The notes under the pieces are model-generated. The model saw only the letters and a program-made list of their open reading frames with translations. It ran no database searches and was not told where the DNA came from. A program made the position numbers and the translations under genes. Positions 1-10,384 of a stretch of DNA of 64,000 nt are shown here, piece after piece. The stretch's first letter is position 1, and each line of letters begins with the position of its first letter. Source of the stretch: Calditrichia bacterium (GTDB taxonomy: Bacteria > Calditrichota > Calditrichia > RBG-13-44-9 > J075); contig JBOEGD010000007.1 in NCBI GenBank assembly GCA_050633245.1, forward strand, positions 82,196-146,195, in the 5' to 3' direction.

Positions 1-22
1 TGAGTTCTGAGTTCTGAGTTCT
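1..22. repeat. (TGAGTTC)x3 heptamer tandem repeat, truncated by the window edge
   Basis: tgagttc tgagttc tgagttc t read directly. Confidence 0.8.
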
Positions 23-321
23 ATCCTATCCCCCGCCAAAATACCAAAAGTGTAACTGATTTGCACAGATTTTCTTTTTTGTAAACGTCATATTTTTATT
101 TCCTTTTACAACGAGAGCGGTTTCATGCGCAAAAAATGCATTTTTATGCGCTTTTGACCAATTTCTTTTTAAAAACTTCCGATTAAAAATGTGGAGCGCA
201 TCATCGGCAGGAAATTTGCTTTCTTTAACATGTAATCAATGTAGCAGCATTCCTACGTTCTTAGACACCGCAGCCCCCCTAAAGTATTACAATTTCGGGT
301 AGCCATTGGAAGGATTTAGAT

Positions 322-2343
322 ATGTGGAGAGTAATCTTTACTGTCATGGCATTGCTATGCCTTTTTTTATCTAACTGTTCTCCGATAAATGATTCGCAGG
401 GTGAAGACGATATAGACGATATCGATATCCCCGGCGAGATTGATTTTACCAACACACGAAGCGTCCAGTTACGTTTCAATGCAATCGCACCGGGTAATGT
501 TCCGCTAGGCGGCAAAACCTGCCAGGTTTTTCTGCCATCGCAGTTGAATGATGAAACGTTGGAAAACCCGCTTTTTACCGGAGTCTCGTTGGCAAACGGC
601 GTCCTTATCGCCGAAACGGACATCCCAACGCAGCTTGATAGCATTATGATGTATATCGATTATGGTGCGCCAGGCAATCGCGGCATTGTCGCTATTTCAA
701 ACCTGTCTGCTGAGTTTACATTGGGACAAGGAACTCCCAAGAGCTATGCCGGGGGAGCAAAAAATAGCGATGTAAATAAATACAGCTACTCTCCCCTTTC
801 CTACATGGGAAGCTGGGGTTTGTCAGGCGTACCGGATTATTTGGAACCGGTAATTCCGATTCTAAACTTCAACATGCTCGATGCCCTGAACAATACGGTA
901 TCTGAGTCTGAAGATGTTTTTACAAAATCACCACAGCTTTTTGCAGGAGACCCGCCACGGAATTTACAGATTACCGATACGGCAGATGTTTATATCAGCT
1001 TGATCCGAACGTTGACCGGCAAGCAAAACCTGCTGGGTTTCTACACGCATACTGAGGCAGACAGCATCGACGATCCTACAGATATCGATTCGATTGACGT
1101 AGTGTTCCCATTTTTGGGATCGTGGAGCAATTGGCCCTACACCGGTGGTGAGAGAATCCACCTTGGGAAGTTTGAGCCCAATACGACTCTTTCATTTGTG
1201 GAAGTCTCTGATGGTTGGGATGAACCTGCAAATTTGCCGAGTTACCCATCCGGCACGGCGCGCTACAGCCAAAGCGAACTAAATCCCGCTTCGGCCTATA
1301 CCATGGCCATGTTCAAATATGAAGATCCTGGCAATCCGGTGAATCCACTGATTATGGCAGTAATGGAAGACGCCGCAGGATATATCGACTATAGCGATCA
1401 CGCATTCTACTTTGAAGTGTATCCACCTTCTGCGATAGATACAAATGGCATGGCAGGGCCATCTGATGCACCACCCGATTGTGATGGAGACGGGGTTATC
1501 GATGCGGATGATGCCTATCCTTGCGATGCAACACGAGCATACAATTTCTATCGGTCAATAAGAACTCTGGCCTTTGAAGCAGATTGGCCAGACCTGGGCG
1601 ATTATGACTACAATGATGTGATTATCGATTACGTTATCGCCGGAGCGGCAAATGCTTCAAACGAAGTGGTTAACGCCACCTACCGTTTCGTCTTGCGCGC
1701 CAAAGGCACGGACAAGCAGATAGGATTCGGCTTTCAGCTTCCCTTCTCGTCCAGTCTGGTGACAACAGCATCTGCCGGAGCGCTATCTACCGGTACCATT
1801 TCGCTTGCTGGTAATGGATTGGAGGCATCACAAACAAAGGCTGTTGCCATCGTTTTCGATGACTTTGCCAATCTGATGCCACCGGAAAGCGGTGCCAGCA
1901 CCGTGAATACGGAAAAAGGGTTCCGCTATGTTGAGCAAGACACGGTGACTATCAATATGAGCTTTGCCAATGGCATTCCTTATACCGACGCGATGTCGAT
2001 AAATCCATTTTTGATCATTGATGGAAATCGCGGACATGAAATACATATCCGCAACGATGCACCTACCGATCTGGTGGATGGATCGCTGTTTGGAACCGGC
2101 AATGATGCAAGCAATCCGGGAAGCTCAATCTGGTATAGCTCAGCAACAAACTTATCATGGGGACTGGAAATTCCACTGTATTGGGAATATCCATTTGAAG
2201 AGGTTTCTATTTCCGACACCTATTTTTGGTTTACAAGCTGGCTGTCCAGCGGTGGTTCTACAAATCAGGATTGGTATGAGAGTCTTTCCGGATATCGCGA
2301 CGCAGATAATTTGTATCGCTCGTTTGGAATATCGAAAAAATAG
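322..2343 (+). CDS. LruC-domain (DUF4842-like) lipoprotein, paralog 1
   Basis: Lipobox-like LSNC, acidic residues after Cys, DCDGDGVIDADDAYPCD Ca-binding motif, TLAFEADWPDLGDYDYNDV, NPFLI..RGHEIH, EYPFE..QDWY typical of LruC domains. Confidence 0.8.
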   Translation: MWRVIFTVMALLCLFLSNCSPINDSQGEDDIDDIDIPGEIDFTNTRSVQLRFNAIAPGNVPLGGKTCQVFLPSQLNDETLENPLFTGVSLANGVLIAETDIPTQLDSIMMYIDYGAPGNRGIVAISNLSAEFTLGQGTPKSYAGGAKNSDVNKYSYSPLSYMGSWGLSGVPDYLEPVIPILNFNMLDALNNTVSESEDVFTKSPQLFAGDPPRNLQITDTADVYISLIRTLTGKQNLLGFYTHTEADSIDDPTDIDSIDVVFPFLGSWSNWPYTGGERIHLGKFEPNTTLSFVEVSDGWDEPANLPSYPSGTARYSQSELNPASAYTMAMFKYEDPGNPVNPLIMAVMEDAAGYIDYSDHAFYFEVYPPSAIDTNGMAGPSDAPPDCDGDGVIDADDAYPCDATRAYNFYRSIRTLAFEADWPDLGDYDYNDVIIDYVIAGAANASNEVVNATYRFVLRAKGTDKQIGFGFQLPFSSSLVTTASAGALSTGTISLAGNGLEASQTKAVAIVFDDFANLMPPESGASTVNTEKGFRYVEQDTVTINMSFANGIPYTDAMSINPFLIIDGNRGHEIHIRNDAPTDLVDGSLFGTGNDASNPGSSIWYSSATNLSWGLEIPLYWEYPFEEVSISDTYFWFTSWLSSGGSTNQDWYESLSGYRDADNLYRSFGISKK

Positions 2344-2372
2344 TATTGCAAGATATATAGCAGGATTGCCTT

Positions 2373-2399
2373 TTGACGCGTGGATTTTCCGCGCGTCGA
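2373..2399 (+). terminator. Hairpin after LruC paralog 1 (weak terminator or attenuator)
   Basis: gacgcgtgga-ttt-tccgcgcgtc followed by gatttgttgttt. Confidence 0.4.
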
Positions 2400-2483
2400 T
2401 TTGTTGTTTAAAGGCCAGGTAAAGACAGAACTGAAATAAATGCATTTTTATATAAACCAACACACAGGGAAAAGAGGAAACTT

Positions 2484-4514
2484 ATGCAGAGAAGGAAATG
2501 GGTATTCTCGCTTTGTTTTACAGGGCTGATTGCTTTCATGTCCTGCGGAGATATTAATTCCGGCTCAGGAAATGGTGACTTGGAAGCACCAGATGATTTC
2601 GACTTTAACAATACCAGTACAATGAACATTATTTTTAAGGCTGAGGCGGCCGATGGTACACCGCTAGTCCAGGAACGCTGTCGCGTGTATAAGAGTCGAG
2701 ACGATCGCGAGAACGACAGGAATGCAATGATGACTGGCTTTACCAATACCAGCGGTATTTTTGCAACCAGCGTAACGGTTAGTGCTGCACAGGACAGTGT
2801 ATTTCTGAAGTTTAACCTTATTGGAGCCATAAACGAAGCTCAGGCATCCACAGAAGAAACGTCGATTACCTTTGTTCTTGGACAAGGAATAAATGGCAAG
2901 CGTGGACGCATGAGTCAACGCTCGGCACCATTTGGCGCCTCCAAGGCCAATTCTACGACACCCCCGTTTAAGTTTATGGGCGGATGGTCTGCCGCAGGAT
3001 TGCCCAATTATCTGGAGCCTTCAGTTGTTATTTCGGCTGAAGAACTGAATCGCATCAATGAAGTGATTCCACAAGGTGTTGGTCTGGTCAATGTCTATCC
3101 GCAATACTTCGGATCTGGCGTTTCAACAAATGTGCCGATTGAGCAGGACGGTGAGGTTTTCCTGACTTTTCTACATACCGACACCAGTCCGCAAAACGTT
3201 TTTGCATTTTTCAGTTATCCAACCAATAGCCCGCCCGACTCGGTTGGCGATATCGATTCGCTAACGGTTATTTTTCCACGCGCGCACTACAACGCCGGAC
3301 TTGCGTCCGGATCTAAGGTAAGCCTGGGTACTTTTACCGCAGGTACATCAATCGGCTGGGCCGTCATTCGCGATGGTTGGGATGGATCTGGCGCCAGTAG
3401 CGGCACGGATGTATTTTATTCAATTGATGAATTTAACCCGGAACCTACAGCTTATCAGCAGCACTTTGTGTTGGTTGAAGACGATGAAGTAAGTGGAATG
3501 GATCGTCTGCTGTTAACCTGCGACGATAATGAGCTGGTACCAGATAATACCTACTACAATTTTGATGATGTAATTTTTTACATCACCGCGGCAGAAGGCA
3601 CATTTGATACGGACAGTATTCCAGAATACCCGGATGAGCCGGATTGCGACAATGACGGTATTCCAGACTATCAGGATGCCTTTCCCTGCGACGAAAATCG
3701 CGCACTACAGGTATTCGTAGACTGGCAGACAATTGCCTTTGAAGACGACTGGCCAACTCAGGGCGACCTGGATTTCAATGATCTGGTTGTAGATGCCCGC
3801 TATACCATCACCTGCGATGCTTATGGTGACATTACAGATTTAATAGGAAATTTTGTTCTAAGAGCCCAGGGCACCAGTAACTCAAACGGCTATGGATTCA
3901 CCATGCCGGTCGATCCAACTCTGGTAGCGAGTGTAACCGGCTATAGTCACACATCCGGCATAATTTCAACGAATGTAAATGGAACGGAAGCAGGACAGAC
4001 CGATGCGACATTTATCGTATTCGACAACGGGATGGATATGATGCCACCGAATACCAGTGGTCTTGGTGTTAATACTGAACGCGGTGAACAACCGGTAGAG
4101 CATGATACCTTGACCATGCAGATTGTTTTTAACACAACCATATCCCCTGCTGTTATGGGTTGGCCGCCATACAATCCGTTTATGATTGTCGATCAGCAAC
4201 GCAGCAAAGAAGTTCATCTGAACAATCATGCACCTACAGCAAAAGCTGATAGCACACTGTTCGGCACCGCCGATGATGTGAGTAATGCATCGCTCAATCA
4301 ATATTATCGAACGTCATCTAATATACCCTGGGCAATGCATATTCCGGTATCCTGGGATTATCCGTTCGAGGAAGCTGGTGTTGCAACTGCTCATCTTAAC
4401 TTTGCAACCTGGCTTAGCAGTGGTGGAGTTAGCTATCCGGACTGGTATCTGGATAATAGTGGCTATCGCAACGACAGCAATATTTATCGCGCCTTCGGTA
4501 TCAATAAGAGATAG
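2484..4514 (+). CDS. LruC-domain lipoprotein, paralog 2
   Basis: FMSC lipobox, DCDNDGIPDYQDAFPCD, IAFEDDWPTQGDLDFNDLV, YNPFMI, IPWAMHIP, DWY; RBS gagga. Confidence 0.8.
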   Translation: MQRRKWVFSLCFTGLIAFMSCGDINSGSGNGDLEAPDDFDFNNTSTMNIIFKAEAADGTPLVQERCRVYKSRDDRENDRNAMMTGFTNTSGIFATSVTVSAAQDSVFLKFNLIGAINEAQASTEETSITFVLGQGINGKRGRMSQRSAPFGASKANSTTPPFKFMGGWSAAGLPNYLEPSVVISAEELNRINEVIPQGVGLVNVYPQYFGSGVSTNVPIEQDGEVFLTFLHTDTSPQNVFAFFSYPTNSPPDSVGDIDSLTVIFPRAHYNAGLASGSKVSLGTFTAGTSIGWAVIRDGWDGSGASSGTDVFYSIDEFNPEPTAYQQHFVLVEDDEVSGMDRLLLTCDDNELVPDNTYYNFDDVIFYITAAEGTFDTDSIPEYPDEPDCDNDGIPDYQDAFPCDENRALQVFVDWQTIAFEDDWPTQGDLDFNDLVVDARYTITCDAYGDITDLIGNFVLRAQGTSNSNGYGFTMPVDPTLVASVTGYSHTSGIISTNVNGTEAGQTDATFIVFDNGMDMMPPNTSGLGVNTERGEQPVEHDTLTMQIVFNTTISPAVMGWPPYNPFMIVDQQRSKEVHLNNHAPTAKADSTLFGTADDVSNASLNQYYRTSSNIPWAMHIPVSWDYPFEEAGVATAHLNFATWLSSGGVSYPDWYLDNSGYRNDSNIYRAFGINKR

Positions 4515-4537
4515 AATCCCATCACCTCTTTTTCTTT

Positions 4538-4576
4538 AAAAACAGCCCGCAGAGAATTTCTCTGCGGGCTGTTTTT
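4538..4576 (+). terminator. Rho-independent terminator
   Basis: Perfect inverted repeat aaaaacagcccgcagaga-att-tctctgcgggctgttttt. Confidence 0.85.
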
Positions 4577-4630
4577 GTATGTTACCTTCCTCTCTAATGC
4601 ACTAATTAAAATCTACGGGCCTTTTTTCTT

Positions 4631-4657
4631 TCAAGCCAACATCCGAAACTCCGATAA
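4631..4657 (+). promoter_or_regulatory. Candidate sigma28/FliA-like promoter of LruC paralog 3
   Basis: TCAAG-N14-TCCGATAA versus the consensus TCAAG/TAAAG-N14-GCCGATAA. Confidence 0.35.
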
Positions 4658-4692
4658 TTTGTTTGAATTGATGCAGATATTCACTCAAGACA

Positions 4693-6834
4693 ATGGATTC
4701 ATGGATGAAAAAGCTTTCTTTTCAATGGATGATTTTACTGATATGCTTTGTTTTCCTTTTGTTGAGCGCCTGCGGCGAGCATACATCAGACCCCGGACCT
4801 GGAACAGTTACCAATGTTGAAGCACCCGAAGATTTCGATTATGACAATCGCCAAACAGTGCGTATAGTCTTTCGTGCACTTTCTTCAGCGGGCACACCTA
4901 TCAATTTGATTCGTTGTAATGTTTACCGTTCACGTGAAGACCGTGAGAATGGTGAAAATCACCTGATGCAGGGCTTTACCGATGATCAAGGTACTTTCGC
5001 AACGGAAATCCCGGTAAGTGCCGGCATAGACAGCGTGTATTTAAAGTTCAACTACGTCGGTGCAATTAACCAGGCTGAAGCAACTGCGAGAGCCGGTGAT
5101 CTATCTTTTGTCCTTGGTCAGGGTATTAATGGCAAGCGTCCTTCCTTAAATTCAGACGAGCGTTCTGAGACGCGCTGGAGCTTAGCTAAGGATGATGATG
5201 GACCGCCTTTCCGAATCCTCGGAACATGGGATAAAGATGGACTTCCAGATTATCTCGATACGCGCGTCTCAGTATCAGAAGGGGAACTGGATACTGTAAA
5301 TCAGGTTATTCCACAAGGTGTGAAAATTCACAAAGAATTCCCGCAATATTTTGCCGAGGGTGTTGAAACAAACGTTAATCTATTAATAGACACACCGGTT
5401 TATTTAACTTTTCTCCATCAAGACACCGGGCAAAAGAACGTATTCTGTTATTTTACTTATCCTACAAATTCTCCTCCAACAACTGTAGAAGAGATTGATT
5501 CACTCACTATCGTTTTCCCTTATGCGCACTTTAAAGCTGGATTAGAGGTCGGTGATCGCGTGAAGTTGGGAGATTTTGAAGCCGGCACCAGCATCGGCTT
5601 TGCGGTGATTCGCAATGGGTGGGCTAAAGATAAGGCTTTATTAAAAGGTGACGACAGAGTGCCAACCTATGGTGAGTATGTTTTTTACTCAATCGATGAA
5701 CTCAATCCTTCAAGTGAAGGCGTAAGCCAGCATTTCATTATTGTGAATGATGCTGACTATAACTTTAGAAACACTGAAGACCGCCTTTTGATGTCATGCG
5801 AAGATAATTATCTCAAATCATCAGAGCCGAATAACAACTGGGATGATCTTATCTTTTACATTACCGGAGATGACAACTCCTTTGAGACGCCTGACATGCC
5901 GGTGCCTCCGATTTTGCCTGACTGCGATAATGACGGTGTACCTGATTATCAGGACGCCTTTCCTTGTGATGAAAACCGTGCACTACAAATTATTTGGGAG
6001 TGGGAGACCATTGCATTTGACGATGACTGGCCAGACGCGGGGGATTTAGACTACAATGATCTGATTGTAGCTACGCGCTATGTCATTACCTGCGATTGGG
6101 ATAATCTTATTACCGACATTGTGGCTCAGATTGTGCCAACAGCCATGGGCACAACTCGTGAGAATGGTTACGGCTTTACTCTACCCATTTTACCATCTGA
6201 TGTTACCAGCACCAGCGGCTACTATCTAACCAGTGGATATATTAACCTGAATGCAAACGGAACAGAGGCCGGTCAGAGCAAGGCAACTTTTATTGCTTTT
6301 GATAATGGATTAGATTTGATGCCTCCCGCTGTGAGTGGCATTGGCGTGAACACCGAACGCGCATACCCATACACAGAGCCGGATACCTTAACGATGCAAA
6401 TCATCTTTGACCGTCGCTTCACCGGCAATGAGCTCGGTTGGCCTCCCTACGATCCTTTTATCATTATCGATCAGAATCGTGGCAGAGAAGTCCACCTGAA
6501 TAATGTGGCACCGTCAGCTCTTGCAGATGCATCGCTGTTAGGGACTGCCGATGATGTATCTGATGTAGCCACCGGATTGTATTACAGAACGAGCAACAAT
6601 ATTCCGTGGGGATTACATATCCCAATTATTTGGGAATGGAATTCCTCAACAGAGGAATGGGACAATCCACCGTGGGCACACCCTTTTGAAGGAGAGCTGG
6701 TTTACGATGCCTATTTCTACTTTGATGAGTGGCTAACAAGCGGTGGTGTAGACTTTACCGATTGGTATAATAATTACGATTGGAATAGTAACGACGATCT
6801 AATTTACTTCCCCTTTGGTGATGCCAAGAAGTAA
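4693..6834 (+). CDS. LruC-domain lipoprotein, paralog 3 (start may be 4705)
   Basis: LSAC lipobox, DCDNDGVPDYQDAFPCD, IAFDDDWPDAGDLDYNDL, YDPFII..RGREVHL; clearly similar to paralog 2. Confidence 0.8.
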   Translation: MDSWMKKLSFQWMILLICFVFLLLSACGEHTSDPGPGTVTNVEAPEDFDYDNRQTVRIVFRALSSAGTPINLIRCNVYRSREDRENGENHLMQGFTDDQGTFATEIPVSAGIDSVYLKFNYVGAINQAEATARAGDLSFVLGQGINGKRPSLNSDERSETRWSLAKDDDGPPFRILGTWDKDGLPDYLDTRVSVSEGELDTVNQVIPQGVKIHKEFPQYFAEGVETNVNLLIDTPVYLTFLHQDTGQKNVFCYFTYPTNSPPTTVEEIDSLTIVFPYAHFKAGLEVGDRVKLGDFEAGTSIGFAVIRNGWAKDKALLKGDDRVPTYGEYVFYSIDELNPSSEGVSQHFIIVNDADYNFRNTEDRLLMSCEDNYLKSSEPNNNWDDLIFYITGDDNSFETPDMPVPPILPDCDNDGVPDYQDAFPCDENRALQIIWEWETIAFDDDWPDAGDLDYNDLIVATRYVITCDWDNLITDIVAQIVPTAMGTTRENGYGFTLPILPSDVTSTSGYYLTSGYINLNANGTEAGQSKATFIAFDNGLDLMPPAVSGIGVNTERAYPYTEPDTLTMQIIFDRRFTGNELGWPPYDPFIIIDQNRGREVHLNNVAPSALADASLLGTADDVSDVATGLYYRTSNNIPWGLHIPIIWEWNSSTEEWDNPPWAHPFEGELVYDAYFYFDEWLTSGGVDFTDWYNNYDWNSNDDLIYFPFGDAKK

Positions 6835-6844
6835 TAATGAAACG

Positions 6845-6872
6845 AAAAAGCCGGGCATCGCCCGGCTTTTTT
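6845..6872. terminator. Bidirectional rho-independent terminator between convergent genes
   Basis: aaaaagccgggc-atc-gcccggctttttt. Confidence 0.9.
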
Positions 6873-6935
6873 ATATTTGAAAATTTTGTATTTATCTACT
6901 TCAAAAGTTTTTGTTTATCCCACCAAACAATCGTG

Positions 6936-7844
6936 TTACAGTCCCAGATAAAGTGAAAATCGCTGGCTGCTCCCCAGGTCATCACTGACGGGTGTAAACG
7001 CATAGTCGAAGCGAAAAGCAGATTTAGCAATTCCGACTCCAAAGCTAACGTTCCGGGTTTCCGAACCAGAAATAAAACCGGATCGTAATAGGATCAGCTT
7101 CTTCACGGTTGCCTCTAGTCCGACACTAAAGCGTGCGCCTTCTTCAAGTGGTTTCACAAAATCTGCAGCGAGTAAAACACCAATATCTTTGGTAAGCTGC
7201 GAACGCTCATACATTCCGCCAAGACGAAGAATCTTGGGTAAATCTGTCGATTCAGTTCGGAATTCGTTCATGCTTCCAAGATTGGCAAATGAAGCCGCAA
7301 GAGTGAGATTTGGCATTAAACCACGATAAGAGACACCGAGGTCAGCGGCGTAACCACTTGCCGAATAGATAAAGATCTTTTCGTATAGATATTTGGCGGT
7401 AATGCCAAAGGAAAAATCCGGAGACAGCAGGCGAGCATAGGAAACGCCAACGGACGTATAATTTGCCGAGGTTTCTTCCAGTGGTTCGCTGCTTGGTATA
7501 GTGCGCACCTCAATTTCACCGATGCTCATGGCATAGGCATGAAATGCCAGGCTGGACTTCTCGCCTTTAAACTGAAGCGCTCCATATTCGCTGCGAATAC
7601 CCTGCAGCCAGCTATTATGCTGAAATGTTGCATTCGAACGGCTTGCGAAGGCAAGACCAGCAGGATTCCAATAGGTCGCATTAGCATCATTACTGACCGC
7701 TGTAAACGCGTCTCCCATTCCGGCACCTCGAGCATCCGCACCGATCTTTAAAAAAGAAAGCCCGGTTGCGCCGTTACTGCCATCCGCATAGATAGCCATA
7801 CTAAAAAACAGCATGATTATTAGAGTATTCCGCAAATAAGTCAT
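6936..7844 (-). CDS. PorV/PorQ-family outer-membrane beta-barrel (T9SS shuttle family)
   Basis: Signal peptide, FLKIGADARGAGMGDAFTAVSNDANATYWNPAGL signature, C-terminal FDYAF..LGSSQRFSL. Confidence 0.85.
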   Translation of the reverse strand: MTYLRNTLIIMLFFSMAIYADGSNGATGLSFLKIGADARGAGMGDAFTAVSNDANATYWNPAGLAFASRSNATFQHNSWLQGIRSEYGALQFKGEKSSLAFHAYAMSIGEIEVRTIPSSEPLEETSANYTSVGVSYARLLSPDFSFGITAKYLYEKIFIYSASGYAADLGVSYRGLMPNLTLAASFANLGSMNEFRTESTDLPKILRLGGMYERSQLTKDIGVLLAADFVKPLEEGARFSVGLEATVKKLILLRSGFISGSETRNVSFGVGIAKSAFRFDYAFTPVSDDLGSSQRFSLYLGL

Positions 7845-7878
7845 ATTAAAATATCCGTGTTATCCATTCACTTGCTCA

Positions 7879-8847
7879 TTAGAAAACAAATTGCCATGAA
7901 AAAACATGGCTAATTCCTTCATCCTCAACGCTATCAACAAAAGCGTAGTCCAATACCATGTGGAGCTGCTTATAGGCTTTTACCTCAATACCGCCGCCAA
8001 GTGTCAGATGATCGTTATCAAAGCCAACGCGGCCGGCAAGCTGCTTATTGCTCACTTCGAGACCAACATGATTTTTCTCTTCACCTTTATTGCTCCACTC
8101 GAAATCGTAAGCTAGTGACAACCAGCGTAGCGGCGTATGATAAAACGCACCAACCTTCTGAGTAATGGGAAATTTGTTATCTTGCTGTGTTCCACGATCA
8201 AACAGATCGTTGGTATTCGAGTTCAGGTCTGCACCAACATCTTTTGCCTGATATCCAATAGTAAGGGATTCGTGCGGTTTTAGCAAGACACCAATATCGA
8301 TGCCGAATCCCCAGTTACTGTTATAATTGAAATCTTCTGTATCGCTTAGGCTCTCGCGAAGGAATTTTGCGCTGATTCCGACATTTATAAGATTTGGAGG
8401 AAGGTTTGTCAGCTTGCCGTCGGCCTGCACCAGCCGCAATATTTGCAACCCAAATGAAGCGTAGATGGCGTTGAGCCCATGCTCTACTGCACCGACATCT
8501 TGTCCTACAGAATTATAGGCACGCAGGTCATTTACACCGCTATTTACCCAGCCGAGGCTAAATCCGCCAAACGGTTTGAGTGGCAAAGCAAGACCGACAT
8601 AATTAAATTTGCGATCAAGCGACATCGAACTCCATGAAGCCGAGAAATGTCGATCTTTCAACAAAGGCAGTGCACCGGGATTATAATAAACACCATAACC
8701 GTAATCTGCCGAGGCGACCTGTGCGTTTCCCATGGCCATACCCCGAGCCCCTAGTCCGAGCCTCAGGAAGGAGCCCGAAAAGCCACCATTTCCTTCTGCA
8801 AAAACAAAGCTGCCGAAGATCAGCAAAAGACAAAGTAATTTTTTCAT
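7879..8847 (-). CDS. PorV/PorQ-family outer-membrane beta-barrel
   Basis: FLRLGLGARGMAMGNAQVA..YYNPGAL, LDYAF..GISHVFSWQFVF with terminal Phe. Confidence 0.8.
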   Translation of the reverse strand: MKKLLCLLLIFGSFVFAEGNGGFSGSFLRLGLGARGMAMGNAQVASADYGYGVYYNPGALPLLKDRHFSASWSSMSLDRKFNYVGLALPLKPFGGFSLGWVNSGVNDLRAYNSVGQDVGAVEHGLNAIYASFGLQILRLVQADGKLTNLPPNLINVGISAKFLRESLSDTEDFNYNSNWGFGIDIGVLLKPHESLTIGYQAKDVGADLNSNTNDLFDRGTQQDNKFPITQKVGAFYHTPLRWLSLAYDFEWSNKGEEKNHVGLEVSNKQLAGRVGFDNDHLTLGGGIEVKAYKQLHMVLDYAFVDSVEDEGISHVFSWQFVF

Positions 8848-8871
8848 GCGATCATTTCCTGTATGGACGTA

Positions 8872-10383
8872 CTAGTTCACTATCATAATTTTGCCCCAAT
8901 TCACTTCGGAGCCAACCTGTGCGCGAAAAAAATACACGCCATTATCTACCGGACGACCATTGCTGTCGTTGCCATCCCAAACCATAGAGCGATCGAAGCT
9001 GCCTTCAGAAGGTGCTCCCTGCGAAGACTGCAGCTCAACAACCCGCTCCATTGCAAAATTATATATTCCGATCGTTACATTACCTGCCGCCTCTACGTCA
9101 AATTGAAATCTAAGTGGACGGTCGCTAATCTGCGGCGAATAGGGATTCGGATAAGCATAAACGCTGGGGCTTGCTTCATCTCGCGTGCTCACAAAACCAC
9201 GAAAGACAGTCCAATCGAAGCCATTGTTTGATGTCGATGCCATTCCATCAAGAGAACCAACCCAAAGTCGATGATTTGGAGAGGTTGCCGGGGATGTCGC
9301 AACAGAATAAAAAGTTGTCGTAAAGATAGACTCACCGGAAATATTATCTGTAATTTGCGGGAACAGAAACCAGGTTGTCCCATCATCGATTGATTTATAA
9401 ACACCCTTCTCGGTTGCAACATATAGCGCTGAATCGTAGAATGAGACATAGCGAGCAAAAGTGCCATCGCTCAATTCGTCTGTTAAATAAGTATCCCAGG
9501 TAAGGCCACCATTTTTTGTACGACTAACACCATTGGTCTCCGTGGTATCGACGGAACGAATAGAGGTCGCCCATATGCTGTTGTCATAATCATTATGCCA
9601 AAGTCCGATAATCCAGTCTGCAGAAATCGCCTGGCTTTGATTGTCATGTCGATAGCGTTCCCAATTTTCACCACCATCGGTGCTTTTACTCACACCATCA
9701 ACTGTGCCGATCCAGACGTTTCCGCTGGTATCAACAGTCGCGGCAAATCCACGATGGTTCAGCTCATCGAGAGCGCTAAACGGCTTTCCGTCGGTTGTAA
9801 TAACATCCCAGGTTTGTCCACGATCTTGTGAACGACGAACGCCACCACCAAAACTGGTAATCCATACTTCATCGGTCCCGCGAACGGCAATATCAAACGT
9901 CACATTTTGCACGCGGGTCGTCGTTGGCTTTTGCCCGCCAATAGTATCAGTAACAGCATCAATCGGTTGCGGAATAAACACCCACTCGCTACTGCCAGCT
10001 TCGCGATAGCGTAAACCTCCGCCAATGGAAAGACTCTGATCATCCTCTACAAGCGTATCGTAGGCCGTGGCAATCCACAGCGTATTGTCTTCAGAAACAT
10101 AGATTGCAGACACTCCGCCCTGACCACCATAATCATCAGAATTGAGGTTCTGCCAAGTCAATCCTTCATCATTTGAAACGCTCAGGCCAAAACCGGTACC
10201 AGCGTAGATAGTCCCATTGGCATACAGCAAATCGGTAACACCATTTCCGATAAGCCCACTGCGATCGGGTTCAGATTGCCCCAGCTTATATCCGTCTGGC
10301 AGCTGAGCCAGCAAAACCGTTGGCAAGCCCAGCAAAAGCAGGTAAAAAAGAGTTCGCATATTTATCATCATTCCTTGCTCCAA
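8872..10383 (-). CDS. Secreted BNR/Asp-box beta-propeller with T9SS/FlgD-Ig C-terminal domain (PorZ-like architecture); start probably 10368 or 10359
   Basis: Repeated SxDxGxTW Asp-boxes, WIGT/WVGS propeller motifs, YAYPNPYSP..WDGNDSNGRPVDNGVYFF..KIMIVN. Confidence 0.75.
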   Translation of the reverse strand: MEQGMMINMRTLFYLLLLGLPTVLLAQLPDGYKLGQSEPDRSGLIGNGVTDLLYANGTIYAGTGFGLSVSNDEGLTWQNLNSDDYGGQGGVSAIYVSEDNTLWIATAYDTLVEDDQSLSIGGGLRYREAGSSEWVFIPQPIDAVTDTIGGQKPTTTRVQNVTFDIAVRGTDEVWITSFGGGVRRSQDRGQTWDVITTDGKPFSALDELNHRGFAATVDTSGNVWIGTVDGVSKSTDGGENWERYRHDNQSQAISADWIIGLWHNDYDNSIWATSIRSVDTTETNGVSRTKNGGLTWDTYLTDELSDGTFARYVSFYDSALYVATEKGVYKSIDDGTTWFLFPQITDNISGESIFTTTFYSVATSPATSPNHRLWVGSLDGMASTSNNGFDWTVFRGFVSTRDEASPSVYAYPNPYSPQISDRPLRFQFDVEAAGNVTIGIYNFAMERVVELQSSQGAPSEGSFDRSMVWDGNDSNGRPVDNGVYFFRAQVGSEVNWGKIMIVN

Positions 10384-10384
10384 A

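Noticed and set aside
322-6834. Diversity-generating retroelement or cassette switching among the LruC paralogs
   Set aside because: The aligned segments inspected differ mostly at synonymous positions without adenine bias; no reverse transcriptase or invertase is in the window
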